Origin: an uncultured Candidatus Rokubacteria bacterium
GTDB lineage: Bacteria; Methylomirabilota; Methylomirabilia; Rokubacteriales; DASRDR01
Direction: 5' to 3'
Assembly: GCA_963826115.1 (NCBI GenBank)
Contig: CAWGVS010000007.1
Coordinates: 32,001 to 96,000 of the forward strand
Length of the DNA: 64,000 bases
Shown here: positions 27,549 to 37,136 of the stretch, one piece after another
Layout of the letters: each line of letters opens with the position of its first letter
Position numbering within the stretch: the stretch's first letter is position 1
The notes under the pieces: model-generated
The model's input: only the letters and a program-made list of their open reading frames with translations
Databases searched by the model: none
Told to the model about the DNA's origin: nothing
Translations under genes and position numbers: made by a program

Positions 27549-29391
27549 CACCGATCTCCCACCGGGCTTGCGGGGGCCGCGACGGCCGCGGGGCGCAGCG
27601 CCGCCGAGGAGGAGACCAGCGCCGGCGCGAGGGCCGCCGACGTCACGGTCCGCGGGGTCGTCGCCGGCGCCTCGCCGGTCGGCCCCGGAGGCGTGGTCGT
27701 GCCAGGCGCGGGGCACCCGGCGCGACGGGCAACGACGGCGGGGCGACGCCGGCCTGGCCGGGGGTCGACACGACCTTCGCCGTGAGGAAGACCACCAGCT
27801 CGCGCCGCGACGTCTCCGTCAGGTCGTTCTTGAAGAGCCACCCGAGCACGGGGATCTTCGACAGCCACGGGATCCCCTTCTCGTCGTTCTGGAAGGCTTC
27901 CTGGCGAAGGCCGGCGATGACGACGGTCCCGCCGTCCACGATGTCCGCCTGCGTGATCGTGTTGCGCGTGGCGACGACCGGCGCGATCAGGAACGTGGTG
28001 TTGATCCGCTCCACCGCGACCTCGTCCTTCACCGCGATGTTCAGCACGATGCGCCCGTCACCCACGACCCGCGGCGTGACCTGGAGCCGGGTCGTGACGT
28101 CCTGGAAGGTGATCGAGGCCTGCTGCGAGCCCTGCACCGCCGTGAGGCTGATGATCGGGAACTTGGTGCCGCTCGCCACCGTGGCCGGCTGGTTGTCCAC
28201 GGTCATCAGGCTCGGGGACGACAGGATGCGGGCCCGACGCTGCCCTTCCAGCGCCTGCAGCTGGATGTCGAGCGCGAAGTTGGACGCGAGCCAGCCGAGC
28301 CCGATGCCGAAGGGCGTCGCGCCGGCCATCAGCGTGCCCATCGTGGCGGGCAGGTTCAAGGCCGTCGTGGGTTGCGCAGCAGTCGCCGTGTCCCCGGAGA
28401 CCGGCCCGCCCGGCGGCGCGCCGCGCACGTCGATGACGGGGCCGTTCCCCGAGTTCCGCGGGGTCCACGCGCCGCCCCAGATGACGCCGAGCGAGCGCGC
28501 GTCGCCGCGCTGCATCTCGACCAGCCGCGCCTCGATGAGGACCGACGGCGCGGGCCGGTCGACCTTGTCGATGAAGGACCGGATCTTGGCCAGGTTGTCG
28601 GGGATGTCGCGGATGATCAGCGAGTTCGTCCGCTGGTCGACGGTCAGCGAGCCGCGGGGCGAGAGCATGCCCGCGGACTTGCCCTCTTCCTTCTTGATGC
28701 CGCCGGTGATCGCCTCCTCGACGCCCTTCTCCTCCAGGGTCGTGATCGAGTCGGTGAAGAAGTCGATCGTCTGCACGCGCTTGATACCGACGTGGCTATA
28801 CCGGAGCTTGACCACTTCCTCGGCCGTCGGAGCCAGCAGACCCTCGATCTCCTGGCGCTTGACCTCGAACCGCTGGCGGGCCAGCGCGGCCTCGCGCTCC
28901 TGGTCGGCGATCCGGAGGTCGAACTCCTTCCGCCGCTGCTGGATGTCGACCTCGCGCTGCTCGGCCCGGAAGGCCGCTTCGGCCTCCTTGGTGAGGTTCT
29001 CGAGCTTGTCGACCCGGATGATGTTGCCTTCCTGAACGTACGCGAGCTTGGAGGCCCGCACGACCGAGTCCAGGGCCTGCTGCCAGGGGACGTTCTGGAG
29101 CTTGACCGTCACCTTGCCCTTGACGTCGTCGCTCGTGACGATGTTGAGGCCGCTGAACTCGGCGAGGATGCGGAGGAGGTTGTTGATATCCGCGTCCTTG
29201 AAGTCCAGCGAGATGAGGCGGGGCCGCTGTGGGCCGCTCGCCGTCTGGGCGACGATCGGCGCGCGGAGCTGAGCCAACAGCACGGGGCCGCGGACGACCT
29301 CTTCTCCCCTTGCCGCCCCCGCGAGAGCAAAGGTCCAGGCACAGCCCAGGAGGATCAGGACTCCTCGTCTAGCCACGCCGCTCCCCCCCAT
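27548..29391 (-). CDS. pilQ: Type IV pilus secretin PilQ (frameshift near 27712 in the Pro/Ala tail)
   Basis: ISLDFKDADI..VKGKVTVKLQNVPWQQALD, VDQRTNSLIIRD, VLIEARLVE and GIPWLSKIPVLGWLFK..ELVVFLT; as sequenced it stops at 27643, the corrected frame ends at 27548 overlapping the next ATG. Confidence 0.92.
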
Positions 29392-29432
29392 CCTCGACCG
29401 TCGCGATTGGGCCGCGATGGCCACAGGCTTTC

Positions 29433-29966
29433 TCACTGTCCGTCCGGTCTCGGCAACCGGAGCTCGACGGTCCGCTCTCGCGTACCCACCCCGGGAACGT
29501 CCTCCCGGATCACGAACCGCACGCGGTCCCGCTCCAACGCGACGACCTTCCCGCCGAACTTCTCCTCGTTGAGGCGCAGGTAGTAGCCGAGGCCGTCCGG
29601 CGTCTCGACGAGCGCACGGATCGATTCGGTGTCCCGCACGTCCCAGACGATGCCCACGAGCCTGAGGTTCGCCACTTCCTGCGTCTTGCGCTCCTCGCCC
29701 GGCTCGAGCCGCCGCACCAAGGGCTCGAAGGGATCCCGCGGACCCCCGGAAGCCGGCGCCCCAGCCGCGGGTGCCCCGGCCGCCGCGTCGGCGGGCGCCG
29801 CGGGCGCCGTCGGAGCGACGGCCGGCGCCGGCGCCTTGGGAGCCGGCAGCGGCGTGGGAAACTTCGGCTGAGACTGGGCCCAGGCCGCGGCCGCCAGAAG
29901 GCTCCCGGCGACGATCGTCGCCAGCCCGAGCCCGCTCGACCGAGACCACCCTGGCAGGTCCATCAT
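29433..29966 (-). CDS. pilP: Type IV pilus assembly protein PilP
   Basis: RDPFEP, LRLVGIVW..ALVETPDG and GGKVV; position between pilO and pilQ. Confidence 0.88.
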   Translation of the reverse strand: MMDLPGWSRSSGLGLATIVAGSLLAAAAWAQSQPKFPTPLPAPKAPAPAVAPTAPAAPADAAAGAPAAGAPASGGPRDPFEPLVRRLEPGEERKTQEVANLRLVGIVWDVRDTESIRALVETPDGLGYYLRLNEEKFGGKVVALERDRVRFVIREDVPGVGTRERTVELRLPRPDGQ

Positions 29967-29984
29967 TTCCTCCGTCGTCGTCCG

Positions 29985-30629
29985 CTACCGCTTGGGCTGC
30001 TGGGCGGCCGCCGCCCCGGGTGCCGGCGTCGCCGGCATGGGCGTCGCCTGGAACACCACCGCGACGAGGTCGGCGCGCACGCTGCCCGGCGACAGATCCG
30101 TGCCGCGCCCGGCGGCCTGGGGCCCGCCCGCTCCGCGCGGCCGCGCGAGGACCTTCACCTCGTTCAGGGTCACGAGCCGCGGCAGCTGCGCGAGCTGGTC
30201 GGCGAACTTCAGGAGGTCGTGGTACCCGCCGCCCACGCCGACCTCCATCGGGATCTCGACGTAGAGCTCCTGCGGACGATTCGGCCGCCGCTTCACCTGC
30301 CCCACGGTCAACCCCGACTTCCCGGCCAGCGTCTCGACGCTCCGGAGCACCGCCGCCGACTCGTGCTCGCTGGGCAGCCGCCGGGCGAGCTCGCGGAGCT
30401 GGACCTCGAGGGCTTCCCGCTCGCGCTTGATGCGCCCGAGGTTGGCCACCATCTGCTGCCCGTCGCGAACCTCCTTGGCGAGGCCGTTCCGCTCCACCTC
30501 GAGCTTCGCCGCCTCGGCGCGGAATCCCCGCACGCCGGGGAACCCGCCGATACCGGACCACGCGAAATAGCCGACACCGAGGATGAGGAGGCCGATCAGG
30601 ATGACCTTCTGCCGTTCTGCGCGGTCCAT
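29985..30629 (-). CDS. pilO: Type IV pilus assembly protein PilO
   Basis: TM, coiled coil, LPSEHE and YVEIPMEVGVGGGYHDLLKFADQLAQLPRLV. Confidence 0.92.
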   Translation of the reverse strand: MDRAERQKVILIGLLILGVGYFAWSGIGGFPGVRGFRAEAAKLEVERNGLAKEVRDGQQMVANLGRIKREREALEVQLRELARRLPSEHESAAVLRSVETLAGKSGLTVGQVKRRPNRPQELYVEIPMEVGVGGGYHDLLKFADQLAQLPRLVTLNEVKVLARPRGAGGPQAAGRGTDLSPGSVRADLVAVVFQATPMPATPAPGAAAAQQPKR

Positions 30630-30651
30630 CGTCCCCTGAGCCTCTTTCCGA

Positions 30652-31389
30652 TCAGAGCTTCACGCTCGCCGTGACCTCGAAGGACACGACGCGCGTCTGC
30701 TCGACCCGTTCAGCCTCGGTCACCACGAAATCCACGTCCGCGAAGATGCCCGCCTTCCGGAGGTTGTCCATGAAGTCGGCGATCTGGAAGTTGTTGAAGG
30801 CGCCGCCCTTGATGACCACCGAGTACCCGGAGAGCTGGGTCACCTCGCGCGTCGGCCCCTGACCCTTCGGCGGGGGCGGGCGGGTGCCCTGCGACTCCAC
30901 CTCGGCGCGCTTGGCCTCGAGCCGGCTCAGGGTCTCGCTCACCGGGGCCGTCTGGGCGTCCTCGACACGGACCCGCTGCTCCTGGGACTTCATCTCGACG
31001 ACGCTCAGCCAGACGCCCTGCGGCACGGCCTTGAGGACGCCGTTCAGCATGGCCAGCGGCACGCCCTGGCTCTTGGCGACCTTGCCGATCACCTCGATCC
31101 GGCGCTGGATCTCGATCTTGGCCCGCTCGGCCTGGTCGAGCTCGACGAGCTGGCCTTTCAGCTGCTCGTTCTGCGCCTTGAGCGTCGTGATCTCGGCCTG
31201 GAAGTCGCGCTTGGCGGCCCAGGCGCGATACCCGACCAGGCCCATGCCCGCCAGCATCAGCACGAAGACGCCGGCCAGGACCTTGGTGAGCAGGTCGGCA
31301 CTGACGCTGGTGCGAGGAGCGGGAGCCGCGGCCCGCCCGGTGCGGGCGGCCCGCGCTTCGCGGGGGAGCAGGTTGATTTTGATCGCCAC
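30652..31389 (-). CDS. pilN: Type IV pilus assembly protein PilN
   Basis: N-terminal INLLP motif, TM, coiled coil, VPQGVWL and IADFMDNL. Confidence 0.92.
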   Translation of the reverse strand: MAIKINLLPREARAARTGRAAAPAPRTSVSADLLTKVLAGVFVLMLAGMGLVGYRAWAAKRDFQAEITTLKAQNEQLKGQLVELDQAERAKIEIQRRIEVIGKVAKSQGVPLAMLNGVLKAVPQGVWLSVVEMKSQEQRVRVEDAQTAPVSETLSRLEAKRAEVESQGTRPPPPKGQGPTREVTQLSGYSVVIKGGAFNNFQIADFMDNLRKAGIFADVDFVVTEAERVEQTRVVSFEVTASVKL

Positions 31390-31401
31390 GGCGTACCGTC
31401 C

Positions 31402-32457
31402 TTACTTCCGGTCGTCCGGATAGCGCATGGCCAGCCCGGTCGCGACACTCGCGAGCGGCGCCAGCTTCTCGACCATGCCTGCGTCGGTCCCGGTGCCCAC
31501 GTCGACCCGCTTGAACGGGTTCGCCCGGATCACCTCGATGCCCCACTGCCCGGCGAGGAAATCCTGAAGGCCGGGGATCAGCGCGCACCCGCCCGAGAGG
31601 TAGATCCGCTGGATGCGCTCGTGCTCCGCGGTGGTGCCGAAGTAGTCGAGCGTGCGCTGGATCTCCTGCCCGATCTCCTGCGAGACCAGGTCCAGCACGG
31701 GCTCGACCTCGACCCAGCTGATCGAGCCCTGCTCGCCCCGCACGATGGCCTCGGCCTCCGCCGGGGCCAGATCGAAGCGCTGGGCGATCGTCGAGGCGTA
31801 CTGCCGGCCGCCGACGAAGATGTCCCGCGCGTACACGTTCATCCCGCCCTGCAGGATGTTGGTGTTCGTCGTCTCGTGGCCGATGTTGACGAGCGCCACG
31901 ACCTCGTTGCCCTGGCCGGGCTCGTTGTGCTGGTACTGCGTCTCGAGGGCGAAGACGTCGACGTCGACGACGACGACATTGAGCCCGCACGCCTCCACGA
32001 CGTCGGCGTAGCTCTGGACCTTGCCCTTCTTGACCGCGACCAGCATGACCTCGAGCTGCGGCCCGTCCTGGCGAAGGATCTGGAAGTCGATGTTGACGTC
32101 GTCGATGTCGAAGGGGATGTGCTGCTCGGCCTCCCAGCGGATCGACTCGCCGAGCTCGCTCTCCGACATCTTCGGCAGGTTGACGCGCTTCGCGATGACG
32201 GAGCCACCCGACACGCCGATCACCGCCTCGGTGGCCTGGACGCCGCCCTGCACGAGCGCCTGCCGGATGGCCTGCTGCACCGCGTCCGGCTGCTTCACTT
32301 CCCCGCCCTGGATCGCTCCCGCGGGGATGTGGGCGATGCCGAACCCGGCCAGCTCGTAGCCTGACCCCTTCGGCTTGAGCTCGACCACCTTGACCGCGCT
32401 CGTGCCGATGTCGAGGCCGACGACTTCCGGTCGCTTCTTCTTCTTCCAGAACGTCAT
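31402..32457 (-). CDS. pilM: Type IV pilus assembly protein PilM
   Basis: VGLDIGTSAVK, EAEQHIPF, VDVDVFAL, LSGG and ATGLAMR. Confidence 0.95.
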   Translation of the reverse strand: MTFWKKKKRPEVVGLDIGTSAVKVVELKPKGSGYELAGFGIAHIPAGAIQGGEVKQPDAVQQAIRQALVQGGVQATEAVIGVSGGSVIAKRVNLPKMSESELGESIRWEAEQHIPFDIDDVNIDFQILRQDGPQLEVMLVAVKKGKVQSYADVVEACGLNVVVVDVDVFALETQYQHNEPGQGNEVVALVNIGHETTNTNILQGGMNVYARDIFVGGRQYASTIAQRFDLAPAEAEAIVRGEQGSISWVEVEPVLDLVSQEIGQEIQRTLDYFGTTAEHERIQRIYLSGGCALIPGLQDFLAGQWGIEVIRANPFKRVDVGTGTDAGMVEKLAPLASVATGLAMRYPDDRK

Positions 32458-32572
32458 GGGTTATTCCTCACTGCCCGCGAGTCTCCACCAGCCCCCGCGA
32501 AAACCCAAAGCTATTTTTTTCGACTCTTCCACTGTGTTGTTTACAGATCTTGGTAGTTATTAAGTGTACGTG

Positions 32573-32601
32573 AGTATGACTCGCAGGTTCAGGGGAGTCA
32601 A
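32573..32601 (-). promoter_or_regulatory. sigma70-type promoter of pilMNOPQ
   Basis: TTGACT-N17-CATACT in a conspicuously AT-rich intergenic region (32460-32640). Confidence 0.7.
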
Positions 32602-32641
32602 GTTTTAAAACGTCCAGGAAAACGAGGCAGTTACGAGACGG

Positions 32642-35484
32642 CTAGCCGCGCTTGCGGCCGGCCAGAAGCCCGCGAACGGTGGTCAGGAACTCCTGAATGT
32701 CGAACGGCTTCGAGATCACCAGGTCGACGCCGAGCTCCCTCGCGCGACGCGTTGCGCGCGCGCGATCGAACCCCGAGAGGATCACGACGGGCGTGGCCGC
32801 GTCGACCTGCTTGACGGCCTCCACGACCTCCCATCCCGGAACGTCCGGCATGCCGAGATCCGTGATGACGAGATCGTACGGGCCCTCGCGCTCCCGGACC
32901 TTGGCGATCCCCTCGAGCCCCGAGCCCGCGAGCGTCACCGCGTAGGCGGCGCCGCGCAGCATGTCCCCCACCGCCGTGCGCACCGTCTCGTCGTCGTCGA
33001 CCAGCAGCACCTGCGGGCGGTCCGTCTCGGCGGCCGTGACCAGAGGCGGCGCGCCTTCGCCGGCCGTGGGGAGGCGCAGCGTGACGGCGGTGCCGCGGCC
33101 CTCCTCGCTGTCGACCGTGGCGTCACCGCCGTGGCGGGCCATCACGCCGTACACCATCGAGAGTCCGAGACCCAGGCCCGTCTCGCCCTTCGTGGAGAAG
33201 AACGGCTCGAACGCGCGCCGGCGCACGGTCTCGGACATGCCCACACCGGTGTCCGACACCGACACGGTCGCGCGGCCGGCGTCGAGCCCGGTGCGGATGG
33301 TGATGGTGCCGCCGCGCGGCATCGCGTCCACGGCGTTGTGCAGGAGCTGCACGACGGCCTCGAGGAGCTCGGACTCCGCGCCGATGAGCTGAGCGTGCGG
33401 TCCGAAGTGGGTGATCAGCTCGATGGGGGTCCCGCGCGAGCTCGGCTCGTCCCGCCACCGCGCTCGCGTCTGCTCGACCGCGCGCTGGACGATGTCGTTC
33501 AGGTCCACGGGGGCGAAGGGCTCGGCCGGCCGCGAGCGACTGAACTCCTGGATCCGCGAGAGGGCGTCGATCCCCGTCCGCGTGGCGGCCTCGATCTCGT
33601 GGAGCCCGGAGGCGATCTCGCGGGACTTCTCCCGGGACGCGCGCTTCACGAGGAGCTGCGTTCGGCCGAGGATCCCCGCCAGGACGTTGTTGAAGACGTG
33701 CCCGACTCCGCCCGCCATGTTCAGGAGGGCCTGCATCTTTTCGTCGATGGGGACGCGGCCCGCCCGCGCGGCCATCTGGTCCTGCGCGTTCTCCAGCTCC
33801 TCGAGCCGCCGGCGGAGCCTCCGGAGCTCCTCCTCGTCGATCTGGGTGGTGTCGCGAAGGACCTCGCGGACCACCTCCCGATCGACGGGGACCTCGCGCA
33901 CGATCTCCACGGGGACGTCGCGGACGATCTCCCGGACGACCTCTACCGGGACCTCGCGGATCACCTCCCGGTCGACCGGAACCTCCCGAGCCGTCGAACC
34001 ACCTCGACCTCGCGGATCACCTCGACGGGCACTTCGCGCACGACTTCGCGGTCGACCGGCACCTCCCGGATGATCTCCTTCAGGAACTCCACGGGGACTT
34101 GAACCGGGACCTCCCGGAGCACCTCGACCTCGCGGATGACCTCGACCGGCACCTCCCGCACGACCTCGACGGCCACCTCGCGCACGACTTCCCGGTCGAC
34201 GGGGACTTCGCGGACGACCTCCACTTCACGCACCACCTCGACCGGGACTTCCCGCACGACTTCCCGGTCAACGGGGACTTCGCGGACGACCTCCACTTCA
34301 CGCACCACCTCGACCGGGACTTCTCGCACGACTTCCCGGTCGACGGGGACCTCGCGCACCACCTCTCGGAGGAACTCCACGGGCACCTGGACCGGGACCT
34401 CCCGGACGACCTCCACCTCGCGGACGACCTCGACCGGGACCTCCCGGACGACCTCCCGGTCGACCGGCACCTCGCGCACGACTTCGCGGTCGACCGGGAC
34501 CTCCCGCACGACCTCGACTTCGCGGATCACCTCGACGGGTACTTCCCGGACGACCTCGCGGTCGACCGGGACCTCCCGCACGACCTCGACTTCGCGGATC
34601 ACCTCGACGGGCACCTCGCGGACGACCTCCTTCACGACCTCCACGGCCGAGGCGGCCGGGGCCGGCTGGGCGGCCTTCATCGAGGACGCGAGGATACCGG
34701 CTGCGAGCTGGGAGGCCAGGAGCTCGTCGGGCGTCGCAGCGCTGTCGCCCGACCGGCCGACAAGCAAGAGGCCCAGCACGGCGTCGCCCGCGCGGAGAGG
34801 CAGCACGCCCGCGGTCCCGACACCCTTGCTCGGCCGCGTGAGCCACAGCGGCTCGCCCCGCCCAAGCACCTGCTTGACCTTGTCGGCCGGCAGCCGCGAC
34901 AGCGCCATGCTCTCGGGCGCAGCCACGACCCAGGACAAGGCCCCATCCGCGGCCGACAAGGCCAGGGCGGCCCACTCCATCCCCGTGGCCCGCGCCAGGC
35001 TCGGAAGGAGCGCCTTGACCGCTTCGTCGGGCGCGCCGCCGTGCCGGAGCGCCTCCTGGAGCGCCGCGGCCAGCGGCTCGAGCAGATGGAGACCGTCCGT
35101 CGCGGCCGGCGCAGCGACTCCCGCCTCGCCGCCACCCGGAACGACCTCGGCCTTCTTCAGGAGGTCCATGAGGAGCCTCGCCCCACGGACGCTCATCACC
35201 TCGACACCGGGCGGCTTGATGGACAGGAGCCGCTCGTATTGCCGCTCGTCGCCGCTGACCTCGAGGACGAGATTGGCCTCGGTCTTGAATACCTCCATCG
35301 CGTTCTTGACGACCTGCAGATGGAGGGTGCGTGCGAGCTTGCCCCCCTCGGAGCGATCGCTCGCGTCCGCGACAATCGCGATGGTGACCCCCGAAACGGT
35401 TCGCAGGGACTCGATGGCCTGGACGAGGTGAATCCCCGTCCCGACCAGCCCTACCTTGTATCCGGTACTCGGGGGCGGCGGCAT
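32642..35484 (-). CDS. Cytoplasmic hybrid histidine kinase (Rossmann-like N-terminus, GAF-like domain, long VPV repeat, HisKA, HATPase, REC); frame break near 33990
   Basis: ORFs 33961-35484 and 32642-33964 share one repeat and join across an extra ~8 nt; GHVFNN H-box, NAVDAM, DTGVGM, FEPFFSTK, GLGLGL; REC motifs VDDD, TDLGMP, SG, KPF. Confidence 0.85.
33856..34646 (-). repeat. Coding tandem repeat built from EVVREVPVDR / EVVREVPV / EVIREV modules
   Basis: About 790 nt of imperfect repeats with synonymous variation; 24-aa (72-nt) composite unit. Confidence 0.95.
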
Positions 35485-35490
35485 GGGAGC

Positions 35491-35496
35491 ATTATA
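35491..35496 (-). promoter_or_regulatory. -10 box of a probable leaderless transcript of the hybrid kinase
   Basis: TATAAT-GCTCCC-ATG, with no Shine-Dalgarno sequence. Confidence 0.65.
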
Positions 35497-35565
35497 CGCA
35501 GGGGGCCTCAGACTCGAAGATGTTGTGAAACATTCGAAAATGCCCTTCGGAAGCGCCTTCGGGGG

Positions 35566-37125
35566 CTATCGGCAAGGGGTCCCGCCGGTGGTGTCCGCCG
35601 CGTAGTCCGCACACACGCTGATCGACTTGCGGATCAGGATCACAGCGCGGCCCGGGCCGGCCGGGAACCCCGGGGGTGGGGAGGCGCCGCCGTAGGTCGG
35701 GTCATAGGTGAACCGGGTGTCGGCGGACTGGGTCTGGATCTCGAACGCCACGACCCCGCCGTCCAGGGCGATGGGACCGAATCCGACGTGCCCGCCGGAG
35801 TACACGATGCCGTGAACCTCGCTCCCGGTCCCACTTCCCATATCGGCCACCGTTTCCTGAGGCGCCAACGGATTCGCCGAGGGCGCCGGCAGCCGGGGGT
35901 CGTAAACGAGGTACGCAAGGGGGTAGCCGTACACGGGCCGCCCGTGGGCCACGTTCGTCGGCTCCGCCCGCGCGATCGCCTGGGTCCCGTGCCGGAGGTC
36001 GTCGTTCCCGCCGCCGTCGCCCTCCACCACGACGACCCCGTGCACCGCGTCGTGCGCCACCGAGAAGGTCCCGTCCATCACGTACAGGTTCCGGCCGTCG
36101 CCCGGAGCGCCGACGCTCCCGTGGCCGTCCCACGTCACCGCGCCGACGAAGACCATTCCGCTGTGGGCGCCGCAGGCGCCGGACGCGGCGCTGTGGTAGC
36201 GCTCCGGGTCGGCGAGCCGCGGGTCCCCGGCGGGCACGCACGCTCGCCGCGTCGGCACGCAGACCGGCGCCTCGCAGGGCGTGGTCAGCGCGCAGTCGAA
36301 GTAGCCGCGGAAGGTGACGCCACCGAACGTGCCGCAGTCGCCGCGCGCGGCATCACCCTGCACGACGAGCCGCTTGCCCGGCGGATACGGGTAGGCGTAG
36401 GTCTGTCCGGGAGGACAGTTCGCCTCGGTCTCGTGGTGGAGCGTCACGTCGATCACGGAGCATCCGAGCTGGGGGCGCGGTAGGTCGTCGTAGGCCGCGG
36501 GGCCGCCGGAGGACTCGTTCGGGTCGGCCGGCGCGATCGCCGGGCGGCCGTTCCGGCCCGCGGGCTCGTTGCAGTGGCCCGGCGGGTTGTCCCGGCTCGA
36601 ACTCGCGCACACGTGCTTCCAGGGGTGATCGATCGCGACCAACGCCCGCACTCGCGCCCGCCCGAGGCCGCTTCCAGCTTCTGCCCAAGCGGTGAGCACC
36701 GCGGTCTCGTTCGCATCGCGGGCCGGCGCGGCACCGCTACACGCCGGGTCCTGGATCGCCGGGGGCACGAGGGGGCTGCAGTCGTTGTCGACGACGGCGG
36801 AGTAGCGGCCGGCGCCCAGCGCGGCGTCCGCGGAGAGCAGGGACGCCAGCCCGGCCCCGCATCCCCACGCGGCCGAGCGCCCCGGATCCGTCCACCGCGT
36901 GAACCCGCACGGGTCCCCGGCGGCCGGCCGCAGGTGGTCCCGTCCGCGCTCGAGGCCGGCCTCGGCGAGGGCCTCGGCCTGCGCCTGGGCCTTGTAGCTC
37001 GCCCCGGTCGTCACCTCGATCCGGGACAGCAGCGCGAACGAGAAGCTCAAGATGCCGAGGACGAGCATGGCGACGACGGCCAGGACGAGAACCGATCCGC
37101 GCTGGTCGGCTCCGATCGCGTGCAT
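35566..37125 (-). CDS. pilX: PilX-like minor pilin with a large Cys-rich domain
   Basis: QRG|SVLVLAVV (no E5) and AQAEALAEAGLE PilX N-terminal signature; 519 aa with 16 Cys. Confidence 0.8.
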   Translation of the reverse strand: MHAIGADQRGSVLVLAVVAMLVLGILSFSFALLSRIEVTTGASYKAQAQAEALAEAGLERGRDHLRPAAGDPCGFTRWTDPGRSAAWGCGAGLASLLSADAALGAGRYSAVVDNDCSPLVPPAIQDPACSGAAPARDANETAVLTAWAEAGSGLGRARVRALVAIDHPWKHVCASSSRDNPPGHCNEPAGRNGRPAIAPADPNESSGGPAAYDDLPRPQLGCSVIDVTLHHETEANCPPGQTYAYPYPPGKRLVVQGDAARGDCGTFGGVTFRGYFDCALTTPCEAPVCVPTRRACVPAGDPRLADPERYHSAASGACGAHSGMVFVGAVTWDGHGSVGAPGDGRNLYVMDGTFSVAHDAVHGVVVVEGDGGGNDDLRHGTQAIARAEPTNVAHGRPVYGYPLAYLVYDPRLPAPSANPLAPQETVADMGSGTGSEVHGIVYSGGHVGFGPIALDGGVVAFEIQTQSADTRFTYDPTYGGASPPPGFPAGPGRAVILIRKSISVCADYAADTTGGTPCR

Positions 37126-37136
37126 GGCGTCCTCCG

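Noticed and set aside
32460-32572. c-di-GMP riboswitch or foreign DNA in the AT-rich pilM leader
   Set aside because: No recognisable GEMM motif; the AT richness is short and explained by the promoter
33856-34646. Possible CRISPR array or non-coding tandem repeat
   Set aside because: No identical repeats with unique spacers; unit lengths are multiples of 3 and variation is synonymous in the minus-strand frame; no cas genes seen
34099-36483. Long plus-strand ORFs (Thr/Ser-rich 34136-35431; His/Asp-rich 34099-36483)
   Set aside because: Antisense shadows of the VPV repeat, kinase and pilX, expected at this GC content
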